From Verrucomicrobiota bacterium (GTDB lineage: Bacteria; Verrucomicrobiota; Verrucomicrobiia; Chthoniobacterales; SZAS-18), in assembly GCA_025353105.1 (NCBI GenBank), contig JANXRG010000059.1, positions 2,383 through 66,382 on the forward strand: 64,000 bases of DNA. Direction: 5' to 3'. The notes below the pieces were generated by a model. It did not search any database and was not told where the DNA came from. It was given only the letters and a program-made list of their open reading frames with translations. Below, piece by piece: positions 40,896-49,686 of this stretch. The translations under genes were made by a program, and so were the position numbers. The stretch's first letter is position 1. Every line of letters begins with the position of its first letter.

Positions 40896-42470
40896 CTACA
40901 CCCCGAGCTGCTCGTAGGCAGGCAAAGTAAGGAACTCCTCGAAGCGGTCCGCCAGCACGAGCTTGTCGAGCAGGTCGGCGGCCTTGCCGATCTGACCTTT
41001 CTCGCGGCCGCCGAGCTTGGCGATTTCCTCGTCGAGGATCTGGGCGTACATCTCGCGCGTGATGGCGCGTCCGTCGTCGAGCTTCGCGCCGCGATGAATC
41101 CACTGCCACAACTGCGCGCGGGAAATTTCCGCCGTGGCCGCGTCCTCCATGAGGTTGAAGATGGCTACGGCGCCGTTGCCGCGGAACCACGCCTCGATGT
41201 ATTGCAGGCCGACGCTGACGTTGTTGCGAAACCCATTCTCCGAGATCTTACCGCCGGGAATCGCGAGGTCGCTGATTTGTTCGGGTTGGATGCTCACGTC
41301 GAGGCGCAGCTTCTCCTTTTGGTTCGGACGGTCGCCAAGCACTTCGTCGAAGCAGCGCGTGGCGAGTTCCACGAGGTCGGGGTGCGCCACCCAGGTGCCG
41401 TCGAAGCCGTCGTTCGATTCGCGTTTCTTGTCCGCCTCGACCTGTGCCATGGCGCGGTCGTTGACCTCCTTGTCGCGACGGCTGGGGATGAAGGCCGACA
41501 TCCCTCCCATCGCGTGCGCCCCGCGCGTGTGGCAGGTCTTTACCAGCAATTCCGTATAGGCGCGCATGAATGGCACCGTCATCGTGATCATGCTGCGATC
41601 CGGTAGCGTGAGGTCCGTGCGCCAGGACGTCTTCTTGATCGCGCTGAAGATGTAATCCCAGCGGCCGGCATTCAAGCCGGACGAATGCTCGCGCAATTCA
41701 TAGAGGAATTCCTCCATCTCGTACGCGGCCGGCAGCGTCTCAATCAGGCAGGTCGCGCGGATCGTGCCGCGCGGGAGGCCGAGATATTCCTGCGCGTAGT
41801 TGAACACCTCGTTCCACAGCCGCGCCTCGAGGTGGCTCTCCATCTTGGGCAGGTAGAAATACGGACCCGACCCCCGCGCGAGCAGCTCCTTGGCGTTGTG
41901 GAAAAAGTAGAGGCCGAAGTCAAAGAGGCTGCCGGACATCACCCCGCCGTCGAGGGTGACGTGACGCTCATGAAGATGCCATCCGCGCGGGCGCACAAGC
42001 AACACCGCCGTCTTGTCCTTGAGCCGGTATTGCTTGCCCTCGGGGCTGTCGAACTGGACCGTCCGACGCACGCCCTGCATCAGGGTGACCTGGCCCATGA
42101 TGCAATTCTCCCAGGTCGGCGACAGCGAATCCTCCAAGTCGGCCATGAAGCAACGCGCGCCGGAATTCAACGCGTTGATCATCATCTTCGGCTCGGACGG
42201 ACCCGTGATCTCGACGCGACGATCCTGCAGGTCGGCCGGCGTTGACGCGACTTTCCACTCGCCTTCGCGCACCGATTTGGTTTCGGCCAAAAACGTGAGC
42301 GGCTCGCCCGCGGCCAGCCGCTTGGCCCGTTCGGCACGTTTGGCGAGAAGCTCCTGGCGGCGCGGATTGAAGCGGGTCTGCAATTCCACGAGGAAGGCTT
42401 GCGCCTCGGGCGTTAGAACTTGATCGAGGCCGGGCACACTGCGATCGAGAATGGTCAATATCTTGGACAT
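40896..42470 (-). CDS. aceB: Malate synthase A
   Basis: [50 protein letters not shown]. Confidence 0.97.
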   Translation of the reverse strand: MSKILTILDRSVPGLDQVLTPEAQAFLVELQTRFNPRRQELLAKRAERAKRLAAGEPLTFLAETKSVREGEWKVASTPADLQDRRVEITGPSEPKMMINALNSGARCFMADLEDSLSPTWENCIMGQVTLMQGVRRTVQFDSPEGKQYRLKDKTAVLLVRPRGWHLHERHVTLDGGVMSGSLFDFGLYFFHNAKELLARGSGPYFYLPKMESHLEARLWNEVFNYAQEYLGLPRGTIRATCLIETLPAAYEMEEFLYELREHSSGLNAGRWDYIFSAIKKTSWRTDLTLPDRSMITMTVPFMRAYTELLVKTCHTRGAHAMGGMSAFIPSRRDKEVNDRAMAQVEADKKRESNDGFDGTWVAHPDLVELATRCFDEVLGDRPNQKEKLRLDVSIQPEQISDLAIPGGKISENGFRNNVSVGLQYIEAWFRGNGAVAIFNLMEDAATAEISRAQLWQWIHRGAKLDDGRAITREMYAQILDEEIAKLGGREKGQIGKAADLLDKLVLADRFEEFLTLPAYEQLGV

Positions 42471-42586
42471 GAAGCGGGAGGATTGGGGTGGGCGGGCGGG
42501 GTCAGAAACAGCATGACCGGGAGCGCCAGATTAACCACGCAAAGCCGATCTGACGCAAGTTTCTTTTTTCGACAGGCGAGATGAAG

Positions 42587-42603
42587 TTTCCGTATGATGG
42601 AAA
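42587..42603. promoter_or_regulatory. Putative IclR-family operator upstream of aceB
   Basis: TTTCCGTATGATGGAAA, same geometry as 30174-30190. Confidence 0.6.
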
Positions 42604-42635
42604 TATCGTTTTACCGCCTGCGTCCGCACGACGTC

Positions 42636-43425
42636 TCATTGCGCCAGTACGCGGTAGAAGAACCCGGGGCCGTTCGCGTCGGGATCGACGAGGCGCAACC
42701 GCCGATCCTTCCTCCACCACCGTGGCGCCGTTGACGGGGAGCCAGGTGCCGTAGGTCGTGAGTCCGGTGGAATGGTAGAGGGTGTAGGTCGTGACACCCG
42801 ACGTCTTGGCCACGCGCACGGTGGCTTGCGGACCGCTCAGGTCCATGCTCTGCACGGCGGGCGCCGTCAGGGTACCCTGGTACTTTGTCATCTCAAGTTT
42901 GAGACCGTGATAGCTGGCGAGCTGCGTGGCGTTCAGGGTCGCGATCGGCAGATTGTTCTGCTCATCGGGATCGACATTCAACTCGTAGAATTCCTCGTGT
43001 CTGTCCGCGAATTCGATCAACTTGAAGTCCGGAGCCTCACGCAGGGTCTGGCCCGACGCGGCCGCGGTGAGCGTGCCGCCGAATTGTTGACTGAAGGCGA
43101 AGCGGGCGGTGTCGGCCTTGTTCTGGAGAAGCGGGAGAAGGCTCTTCGCATCGACGTTATTCGCGGCCGGCGGCGTGGCGGTGGCGTTGATTCCGGCGAG
43201 ATCCAGGATGGTCGCGTATAGATCCACCAGGCCGACCAGCGCCGTGCTGTCGCGGTTCGGGTTCACGACGCCGGCGCCGGCGATGATCAGCGGAACGCGC
43301 GTGCCGCATTCATTGAGTGAGTCCTTGGCGTGGGCGCTGGTGTACGGGGTCTGAATGACCTGAGGCGGCGTGCCATTGTCGCCCACAAAAATGACCGTCG
43401 TGTGCGCCAGATCGACGACCGCGAG
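42636..43425 (-). pseudogene. Sulfatase C-terminal fragment with a frameshifted C-terminal sorting-type motif
   Basis: LAVVDLAHTTVIFVGDNG, GTRVPLII, LVDLYATILD, YEL..DP.E..N; no N-terminal CxPxR region; +1 frameshift near 42697 before RLVDPDANGPGFFYRVLAQ*. Confidence 0.8.
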
Positions 43426-43488
43426 GCCGTCAAACCAGCTGAAAGCGGGGGAAGTTGCGCGAATCGTTGCGCTCCGAAGCGACGCCGT

Positions 43489-44115
43489 TTATCCCGGCGT
43501 TCGTCGCATCCCCGGATCCTCAAGGGGAATTCCGGCGAGGCAAAGCGGGCAGTGCGGCGGCTCCCAAAGATCATTCGGCAGCGACGCGATGGCCTCGAGC
43601 GGGATGCCGCATGTCGCGGCCTGGCGCGCGGCGGCAGGGCCGAGGACGAGCAGAGCGCCGATCGCCACCGGGGTTGCGTCGCAGGCGACGAGGTCAGTGA
43701 ATGTGCCCTGCACGGCAGAACCAGCGTTGATGACGTCGTTCACGATGGCAATGCGCCGTCCGGCGATCATCCCGCGCAGCGCTGGTGGAATGTGATACTC
43801 AACGGGGAAAAGTGATTCGCGATCGCCCCTCTCGAAACGTTCGCCGTAGACGAAGTCGACGTTTAGTTCCTCAGCGACCATGAGCCCCATGAACGCGCCT
43901 TCGACCAGGGGGCCGCACACGGCGTCCGGCTTGAAAACGCGAATTCGCGCAGCCAACGCGACCGCGAATATCCGCACCAGTCCCGGTCGGAGAAACACGC
44001 GTTCCAAATCCAGCCATCGATTCCCGTGATGTCCCGATTCGAACCGGAAGTGTCCGCTTCTCGAGGAAAACAAGCGCCACAACTCGCGAGCTGCCTGGTC
44101 GTCACGGTTAGTCAT
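43489..44115 (-). CDS. Orotate phosphoribosyltransferase-like protein
   Basis: GHFRFESGHH, VNDVINAGS, C-terminal W.P..CPLC..G.P. Confidence 0.8.
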   Translation of the reverse strand: MTNRDDQAARELWRLFSSRSGHFRFESGHHGNRWLDLERVFLRPGLVRIFAVALAARIRVFKPDAVCGPLVEGAFMGLMVAEELNVDFVYGERFERGDRESLFPVEYHIPPALRGMIAGRRIAIVNDVINAGSAVQGTFTDLVACDATPVAIGALLVLGPAAARQAATCGIPLEAIASLPNDLWEPPHCPLCLAGIPLEDPGMRRTPG

Positions 44116-44131
44116 TCGGAACGGAGCGACG

Positions 44132-44605
44132 TCACTTGTATCCGCGCTCGGAGTCGAGCACGCAGGTCATGAGTCGGCGCCCAAGAAACGAGTATCCAGC
44201 CCTTTCGTAGAGCGCCACAGCCCGGGGATTCGTCTCTTCCGCCTCGAGCAGCACGGCATAGACGCCGCCATCGCGACAAAAGCGCTCGATGAAGGCGAGC
44301 ACCTTGTTCCCGAGCCCGCGCCCGCGGCCCGTGACCCCGATGAAGAACTCGTCGATGAACGCGGTCCGTCCGCCGAACTCAAGGCTGAAGGAGAACGCGA
44401 GCAGGACGTATCCCACCACCTCCGACGAATCCAGAACGAGGAAGATCCGCCCGAGCTGCGGTTGTGCGAGCAAGCCAAGCACGTCCGCGCGTTTCTGCGG
44501 CGCCGAGAAGCGATACTTGAAATGCTCGCAGAACGCGCCGAGTAACGGCATCAGACGTTCGACGTCCGCAACGCTGGCTTCCCGACAGATTTCAGAGTTC
44601 ATCAA
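44132..44605 (-). CDS. GNAT family N-acetyltransferase
   Basis: FSLEFGG..AFIDEFF, RGRGLG, N..A..LYE..GY. Confidence 0.9.
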   Translation of the reverse strand: MMNSEICREASVADVERLMPLLGAFCEHFKYRFSAPQKRADVLGLLAQPQLGRIFLVLDSSEVVGYVLLAFSFSLEFGGRTAFIDEFFIGVTGRGRGLGNKVLAFIERFCRDGGVYAVLLEAEETNPRAVALYERAGYSFLGRRLMTCVLDSERGYK

Positions 44606-44734
44606 TTCGTGGAACGCGTCCCGGCCGTGACGGTAAGAGGTGTCATCGCGTCAGCCCAACCTCTTGCAGATATCGCAGCGCGCCCCTGCTAGGATCCCGT
44701 TCACCTTTCGTCATTCGGAGCGCAACGACGCCCG

Positions 44735-45139
44735 TCAGACTGCCCTTCGCCGACGCCGCTCCATGGCCCAAAGTGCAAGGACGGTCAGGACGTCACTCGT
44801 GATGTGCGTCGTGCGGACGGAATCAATCGATGCCGGTGTCAGGGTAGACTCAAGCGTGGCCTTCACGTCGATCGCGCCCGGGGCGACGGCGGTGGTCGTG
44901 CGCTTGATCGCATCAAGCGCCGCCAGTCGCTGCATGGTCGTGTCCTGGATGGCGTCGAGGTTCTTGTACGCAAAAATACAAAACAGGACCGTCACGAGCA
45001 TGGTAGTGAAAAAGTCGCGCTGCTGTCGTTGGGCGGAGAACGCGAGCAGCCCACCGACAATGACGACGTATAGGGTCCAATACCACTGGGCGGCGTTGGA
45101 CCTTTCAAAAAAGAGTTGAATGAGTTCGTTGTAGTTCAT
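44735..45139 (-). CDS. Hypothetical membrane protein
   Basis: 134 aa with 3 hydrophobic segments. Confidence 0.75.
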   Translation of the reverse strand: MNYNELIQLFFERSNAAQWYWTLYVVIVGGLLAFSAQRQQRDFFTTMLVTVLFCIFAYKNLDAIQDTTMQRLAALDAIKRTTTAVAPGAIDVKATLESTLTPASIDSVRTTHITSDVLTVLALWAMERRRRRAV

Positions 45140-45230
45140 GGGATGATTTGATCTTGGCGAAAAATCATCTTCCTAAACACCGCGCCCGGGGGCAATGCGA
45201 GTTTTTTCCGACGCGGAGTCTCAGCGCGTC

Positions 45231-45791
45231 TCACTTCACCGGGTTCGTACACCCGGGATACTTCGCGGCCAGCTTGCGGACGGTGTTTGCATTTCGAAAG
45301 GTGGCCGGAACACCGAGAATTTTCTCGAGGAGGCCGCCGGAAAACTTCGAGTCACTGAATTTCGTGCGACACAACCAGTAGACTTCACGCGCGTGCACGT
45401 GGAAATCATCGAACGCGGATCGCTGGGACATCAACTTCTGGCGTGCCTTCGGTTTCAACGGGGCAGCTAAAAAGCCGATGTACGTGCCTACGCTCTCGGC
45501 CGCCAGGTCGCCGACCGGGAATGCCTGGTGCCTCGCGATGGCCGCCAGTTCGGCGTCCGAACGAAGGAATGTGGCGACCTCATAACCAAGTTCGCGGTGA
45601 AGGTGCGCCGCTATCCTCTTCTCCAGCGCTTGAGCGTTCTTTGATGCGGACTGGAAGATCACATTTCCGCTGGCGATGAAGGTCTCTACGTCCGACAGGC
45701 CAAGCGAAGCAAAGTGGGCCCGTAGCGCCTCCATCTTCACGACGTGGCCGCCCACGTTGAGGGCGCGTAGAAATGTGATGTATCGCGGCAT
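45231..45791 (-). CDS. DUF1697 domain protein
   Basis: YITFLRALNVGG, VETFIASGNVIF, T.RNANTV.KL. Confidence 0.92.
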   Translation of the reverse strand: MPRYITFLRALNVGGHVVKMEALRAHFASLGLSDVETFIASGNVIFQSASKNAQALEKRIAAHLHRELGYEVATFLRSDAELAAIARHQAFPVGDLAAESVGTYIGFLAAPLKPKARQKLMSQRSAFDDFHVHAREVYWLCRTKFSDSKFSGGLLEKILGVPATFRNANTVRKLAAKYPGCTNPVK

Positions 45792-45966
45792 CAGGTCGAA
45801 TTCACAGTCAATCGTTTTGCAGTTGCGCAAAGGTCGCGTGAAAGGCACCGCGCCAAAGTGCGACCCGTGGGGCGGAGATCAAGCCGTACGGACCGCCGTT
45901 TGTCGAGCCGCGCCGGCTCGGCTGAAGGTTCCCTCGTCGGCCGAAATAGGACATAATACGAAGAAA

Positions 45967-46007
45967 TGTAAAGGTTACTTGACATCATGTCATGTATAAC
46001 ATACACG
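45967..46007 (+). promoter_or_regulatory. Sigma70-like promoter overlapped by tandem palindromic operators
   Basis: TTGACA(45979)-N17-TACACG; TGTAAAG-N4-CTTGACA and TGTCATG-TATA-ACATACA. Confidence 0.5.
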
Positions 46008-46056
46008 TTTCGGCATGTCAACGCAATCAGTAAACCCCATCAGTCTGGAGGAAACC

Positions 46057-46509
46057 ATGTCGCGCCGAGAGAAAAGCGCCTGGATCTGTCTGATCACGAC
46101 GGTCGTGGTCTTTGTCCCGTATTTCACGTACGTCTTCCGCCTGTTCGGGCGCCATGACCATTCGGTCGGTTCCTATATTGGAGCCTTTGTCGCGGCCGTC
46201 TTCTGGCAAATCATTCTTAACGCGGGAGCGCAGATCTACATCACCATTCGCGGCGGGGAGCAACCGAAGGGCGAACGGGATGTCGCGATCGAAGCCAAGG
46301 CTTACCGCAATGCGTACATCGCGCTGGTCAGTCTGGTCTGGACAGTCCCGTTTGTCTCGCTGCCGGTTTCCGCGGACACGGGTCAGTTGGGAGTGCCCCT
46401 GCTGATGGGCCAGTTGTCGCTGGTGAGTCAGCTCGTGCTGCTGAGTTTTGTCCTCGCGGAAGTGGCGAAGTACCTCACCCAGGTCGTGGGCTATCGGCGC
46501 GGGTCTTGA
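46057..46509 (+). CDS. Membrane protein (DUF2178-like)
   Basis: 4 TM segments; ERD..IE.KA; GGAGG RBS; alternative start 46015. Confidence 0.75.
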   Translation: MSRREKSAWICLITTVVVFVPYFTYVFRLFGRHDHSVGSYIGAFVAAVFWQIILNAGAQIYITIRGGEQPKGERDVAIEAKAYRNAYIALVSLVWTVPFVSLPVSADTGQLGVPLLMGQLSLVSQLVLLSFVLAEVAKYLTQVVGYRRGS

Positions 46510-46511
46510 TT

Positions 46512-46763
46512 ATGGAACCGGCCAGAATCCGCAACCACATTCGCAGACTGCGTTTTGAATCCGGCGAGATGACGCAGCAAACGCTCGCCGAACAAACGGG
46601 CGTGACGCGTCAGACGATCGTGGCCATCGAAGGCGCCAAGTATTCGCCCTCGCTGGAGATCGCGTTTCGGATCGCCACCGCTTTTCGCAAGCCGCTGGAA
46701 GAGGTCTTTCAATACGACAATGGGTCCGGCGGGGCCGCTCCGACCGACCACGGGCCGATCTAG
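46512..46763 (+). CDS. XRE family HTH regulator
   Basis: MTQQTLAE..GVTRQTIVAIE..KYSPSLE.AF. Confidence 0.93.
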   Translation: MEPARIRNHIRRLRFESGEMTQQTLAEQTGVTRQTIVAIEGAKYSPSLEIAFRIATAFRKPLEEVFQYDNGSGGAAPTDHGPI

Positions 46764-47177
46764 GCGATCGATCCCGGCGCAAAGAATCGACGTACCTTCG
46801 CCCGTGAAAGTTAGACGAGTAAAACGGCGACGATCGGGAAACCAATCACGGCCCTTGGCTCGATGCCGGACGACATTCACGACGTCGCCGATGAGATTGA
46901 CGATGAGCAGGCCGACGCCCAGCCGGTCCCCACCCGTGACCCTGCCAGAATCCGATACCAGCGAAAAGGCAGGCGGGTGACACGACGGCGAGCAACGCAA
47001 TCGTACACGCGCCGAGCGCGAGGAAGCATTCATGGCCAGGGGGATTAATCCGCCACATTGGTTCACGCGGGCTGACGGGATTGAGCAGTGCGAAGGCCGC
47101 CGTTGCGCTTAAGGCCGCGCCCGTCAGGAAAATATGCTGAGCGCGGTCACTCCGATCGGTCGCACGGTAGTGCCCAC
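46760..47177 (-). pseudogene. Membrane protein pseudogene (three frameshifts and one nonsense codon)
   Basis: Reconstructs as RPIGVTALSI/FLTGAALSATAAFALLNP..EPMWRINP...FWQGHGWG/RLGVGLLIVNLIGDVVNVV/GIEPRAVIGFPIVAVLLV*LSRAKVRRFF. Confidence 0.7.
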
Positions 47178-47198
47178 GGCGTTTGCCTCAATTCTCCG

Positions 47199-47657
47199 TC
47201 AACCCGCACTCCGCAGCTCCTGGTGATACTGGGCGGACCATGGTGCAAAGTTCGGGCAATTGTTGAAGAGATTGGGATTGCGACGCAGGGCCTCCGTGCG
47301 CGCGGCCTGATATCCGGGTGCGTACACGCCGCTGTCGAAGCTGTCGAGTTTCGCCAGCGCACGCCACCGGCTCATGTCGGTCGGGCGCTCGAGCACCAGC
47401 TCGTACGCGGTGCTGGCCATCTCGTAGATGTTGAAAGAGGGCGTGAAGAACGCCAGCGGACCAAGTTTCTTGGTTAGCTCCGTCTCCAGCTTGGAGGTTG
47501 GGGTGTTGAGCACGGACGCAACGAAGAAGGCCTTTTGCGATTCGGTCAGGTTTGTCCCGTACGGCTTGGCCTGATCCGGATTGACGGCCAGTGGATCGCT
47601 GGCGGCGCAACCGGACAACAGGAATACCGTGGCGGACAGGAGGTGGAGTGAACGCAT
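47199..47657 (-). CDS. Lipoprotein, hypothetical
   Basis: Lipobox LLSGC. Confidence 0.7.
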   Translation of the reverse strand: MRSLHLLSATVFLLSGCAASDPLAVNPDQAKPYGTNLTESQKAFFVASVLNTPTSKLETELTKKLGPLAFFTPSFNIYEMASTAYELVLERPTDMSRWRALAKLDSFDSGVYAPGYQAARTEALRRNPNLFNNCPNFAPWSAQYHQELRSAG

Positions 47658-47705
47658 AATCTTGAGACTCAAAACTGAGCGGGGCCCGGGCAGAGATGCA
47701 AGTTG

Positions 47706-47782
47706 GAATGCGGAATGTTGAATGCGGAATTATTGGAGCGCTGAAGGCGCGTCTGACGGTAGCCGGTGGTGGCAGCCACCGG
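47706..47782 (+). repeat. GAATGCG heptad tract followed by a GTAG-type REP-like hairpin
   Basis: 4 heptads at 47706-47733; GTAG-CCGGTGG-N6-CCACCGG at 47759-47782. Confidence 0.6.
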
Positions 47783-47975
47783 GTTCCGCCCGGCAAAATT
47801 GTAGAGGCCACGGGGGGCGATGGAAGCAGGGGTCAAAACTGCTGAATGCGGAGCGAACGAATCATGCCAACGCCTGGTTACGGGCTACCCTCGACGCTTC
47901 GAGCGGACGACTTCGATCGCGTTGGATGTTCTCACGCCAAATGTCTTTAGCGCCGAACAGCGCCTGGCTTTTGGA

Positions 47976-48353
47976 TCACCGGTCGAGATGAACTCGTCTC
48001 CGCCGTTGCCCTTTCGCGCGAGCGGCCAACTCGCCCTCGGGGGCGAATGGGATGCGAAGATTCCGCCACTCGTGCGGGCTGAACTGTTCCGGCACCGCGG
48101 TCGTCCGAAACATCGGGCCAGTCATGCCGCTGTGACCGATGAAATGAAGCTCCGCGAGCGCCTGGCCCGCGGCGGAGCAGCGTTTGAGCGCATCGACAAA
48201 ATTCCGTTTGCTTTCCACCGGCGCGAGGACCAACTCCGCCGCAAGCTGCGCCGTCGCTCGCTCGCGCGCCAGCGTCGCGGCCGCGCGCGCGAATTTCGGA
48301 CCGCCTTCACGGTAGAGCGTCGTGTACGCGATCACGATGGCGGGCTTCGTCAT
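47976..48353 (-). CDS. Hypothetical protein, probably a truncated N-terminal fragment
   Basis: Protein-like IAYTTLYREGG...LHFIGHSGM.GPMF...PEQFSPHEW followed by an abrupt Arg-rich tail. Confidence 0.5.
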   Translation of the reverse strand: MTKPAIVIAYTTLYREGGPKFARAAATLARERATAQLAAELVLAPVESKRNFVDALKRCSAAGQALAELHFIGHSGMTGPMFRTTAVPEQFSPHEWRNLRIPFAPEGELAARAKGQRRRRVHLDR

Positions 48354-48372
48354 GCGGACCCGGGGGTAGAAT

Positions 48373-48993
48373 TCACAACGACTTGCGGCCCCGTGAGGAT
48401 CCGCGCCAAAGCCAGATGCAAATACCGACCAGGACCGCGATCCCCAGAAGAATCGCACTGGCCCGGCCGAGCCACCTTTCAATCAGTGGCAGGCTGGCGC
48501 CGAAGAAATATCCGAGCAGCGTGAACGCGCTCGCCCAAAGGACACAACCCACCGCGTTGTACGAAACGAAGCGCGCATACGGCATCTTGCTGGACCCCGC
48601 CATGAAGGGCATCAAGGCGCGGAAGATGTGCATGAAATGGCCGAGGAAAACGCTTTTCCTGCCGTGGCGGTGGAAGTAGGCATCGACCCGGTCGAGTTGT
48701 TTTTGGCGGACTCCGCACCACCGGCCGTGGCGCAACAGCCAGCCGCGCCCCAGGCGGAGGCCCACCTCGAAGCCGATGGTGTCGCCAATGATGGCCGCGG
48801 CGGTGACGAGGACAATGAGGCCGGGGAGACTGAACAGGCCTTGCGAGGCGAAGAAGCCGCCGGTGACGACGAGCGTTTCTCCGGGCATGAAGAAGCCGAG
48901 CCCGGGCTGGCACTCGAGCATCACGATGACGAAGATGATGACGTAGCCCCAAGGGCCGACCCGTTCGACGAGACTGACGAGATTTTCGAGCAC
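48373..48993 (-). CDS. DedA family membrane protein
   Basis: FFMPGET, AIIGD.IGF..G, F.RHG..SVF, F..YN..G..LW. Confidence 0.92.
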   Translation of the reverse strand: MLENLVSLVERVGPWGYVIIFVIVMLECQPGLGFFMPGETLVVTGGFFASQGLFSLPGLIVLVTAAAIIGDTIGFEVGLRLGRGWLLRHGRWCGVRQKQLDRVDAYFHRHGRKSVFLGHFMHIFRALMPFMAGSSKMPYARFVSYNAVGCVLWASAFTLLGYFFGASLPLIERWLGRASAILLGIAVLVGICIWLWRGSSRGRKSL

Positions 48994-49133
48994 GTTTTTG
49001 GGAGGGAAGCTGCCGATTCGGGCGGAGGGTGCCACAGCGAAACGGGCAGAGCGAGGGTGGAGATCGCGGATTCATTTTAAAAAACGCGAGACGGTCATGG
49101 ACGACTCGACGCCGGAGGCGAGGAATCGCCGGT

Positions 49134-49505
49134 TCAACGGGCCGGAGTTCTCGAGTAGCGAGGCTGATAAATCTGCGCCTCACATCCGCCCGGAATTTTC
49201 AATCGGGTCGCCAAGCCCCAGCCGGTGTCGACAATGTCACCGGCGAATTCGACCCCACACGCTCTCAAATCTGCGACGGTTTGTTGAATGTCGTCGCAGA
49301 AAAAGGAAAACTGATGCGTGCCCGGTGCCGAACCACTCGACGATTGATCCTCCGTGGGATGAACGCCCAATTCGGCCTCGCGAAACGCAAAAATCAACCA
49401 CCCCCCGCCCACGTCATTGGCCGGCAGGCCCAGTTTGTCGCGCAGGAACGCCCTCGTTGCTTCCGGATCCGAGGAGTAAAACATCGCGTGTAGTCCGGTG
49501 ATCAT
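49134..49505 (-). CDS. VOC/glyoxalase family protein
   Basis: ITGLH...YS.D.EA.RAF.RD.LG, CDDI..TV..L, GWG. Confidence 0.9.
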   Translation of the reverse strand: MITGLHAMFYSSDPEATRAFLRDKLGLPANDVGGGWLIFAFREAELGVHPTEDQSSSGSAPGTHQFSFFCDDIQQTVADLRACGVEFAGDIVDTGWGLATRLKIPGGCEAQIYQPRYSRTPAR

Positions 49506-49686
49506 GGGTATTTGATGTTAGTGATTCTCCGCCGCGCCGCCCCCTCGTTGTTTAAATACCACCAAGCAATCGGAGAGCACCAAGAAAACGAAACGGACTG
49601 ACTTTCTCTGGCCGTCGATTGTCCCCCGGCGCATCCCAGGACTTCGCGCGGCGCTCGAATGTCGACTGTCGACCGTCGCCTAAGCG

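Noticed and set aside
42502..42635. C-terminal extension of the ORF-track sulfatase ORF
   Set aside because: It results from the frameshift and runs through the aceB promoter and operator.
42636..49505. Classical integron cassette array
   Set aside because: I could not find RYYYAAC...GTTRRRY attC pairs after the stops, and there is no intI.
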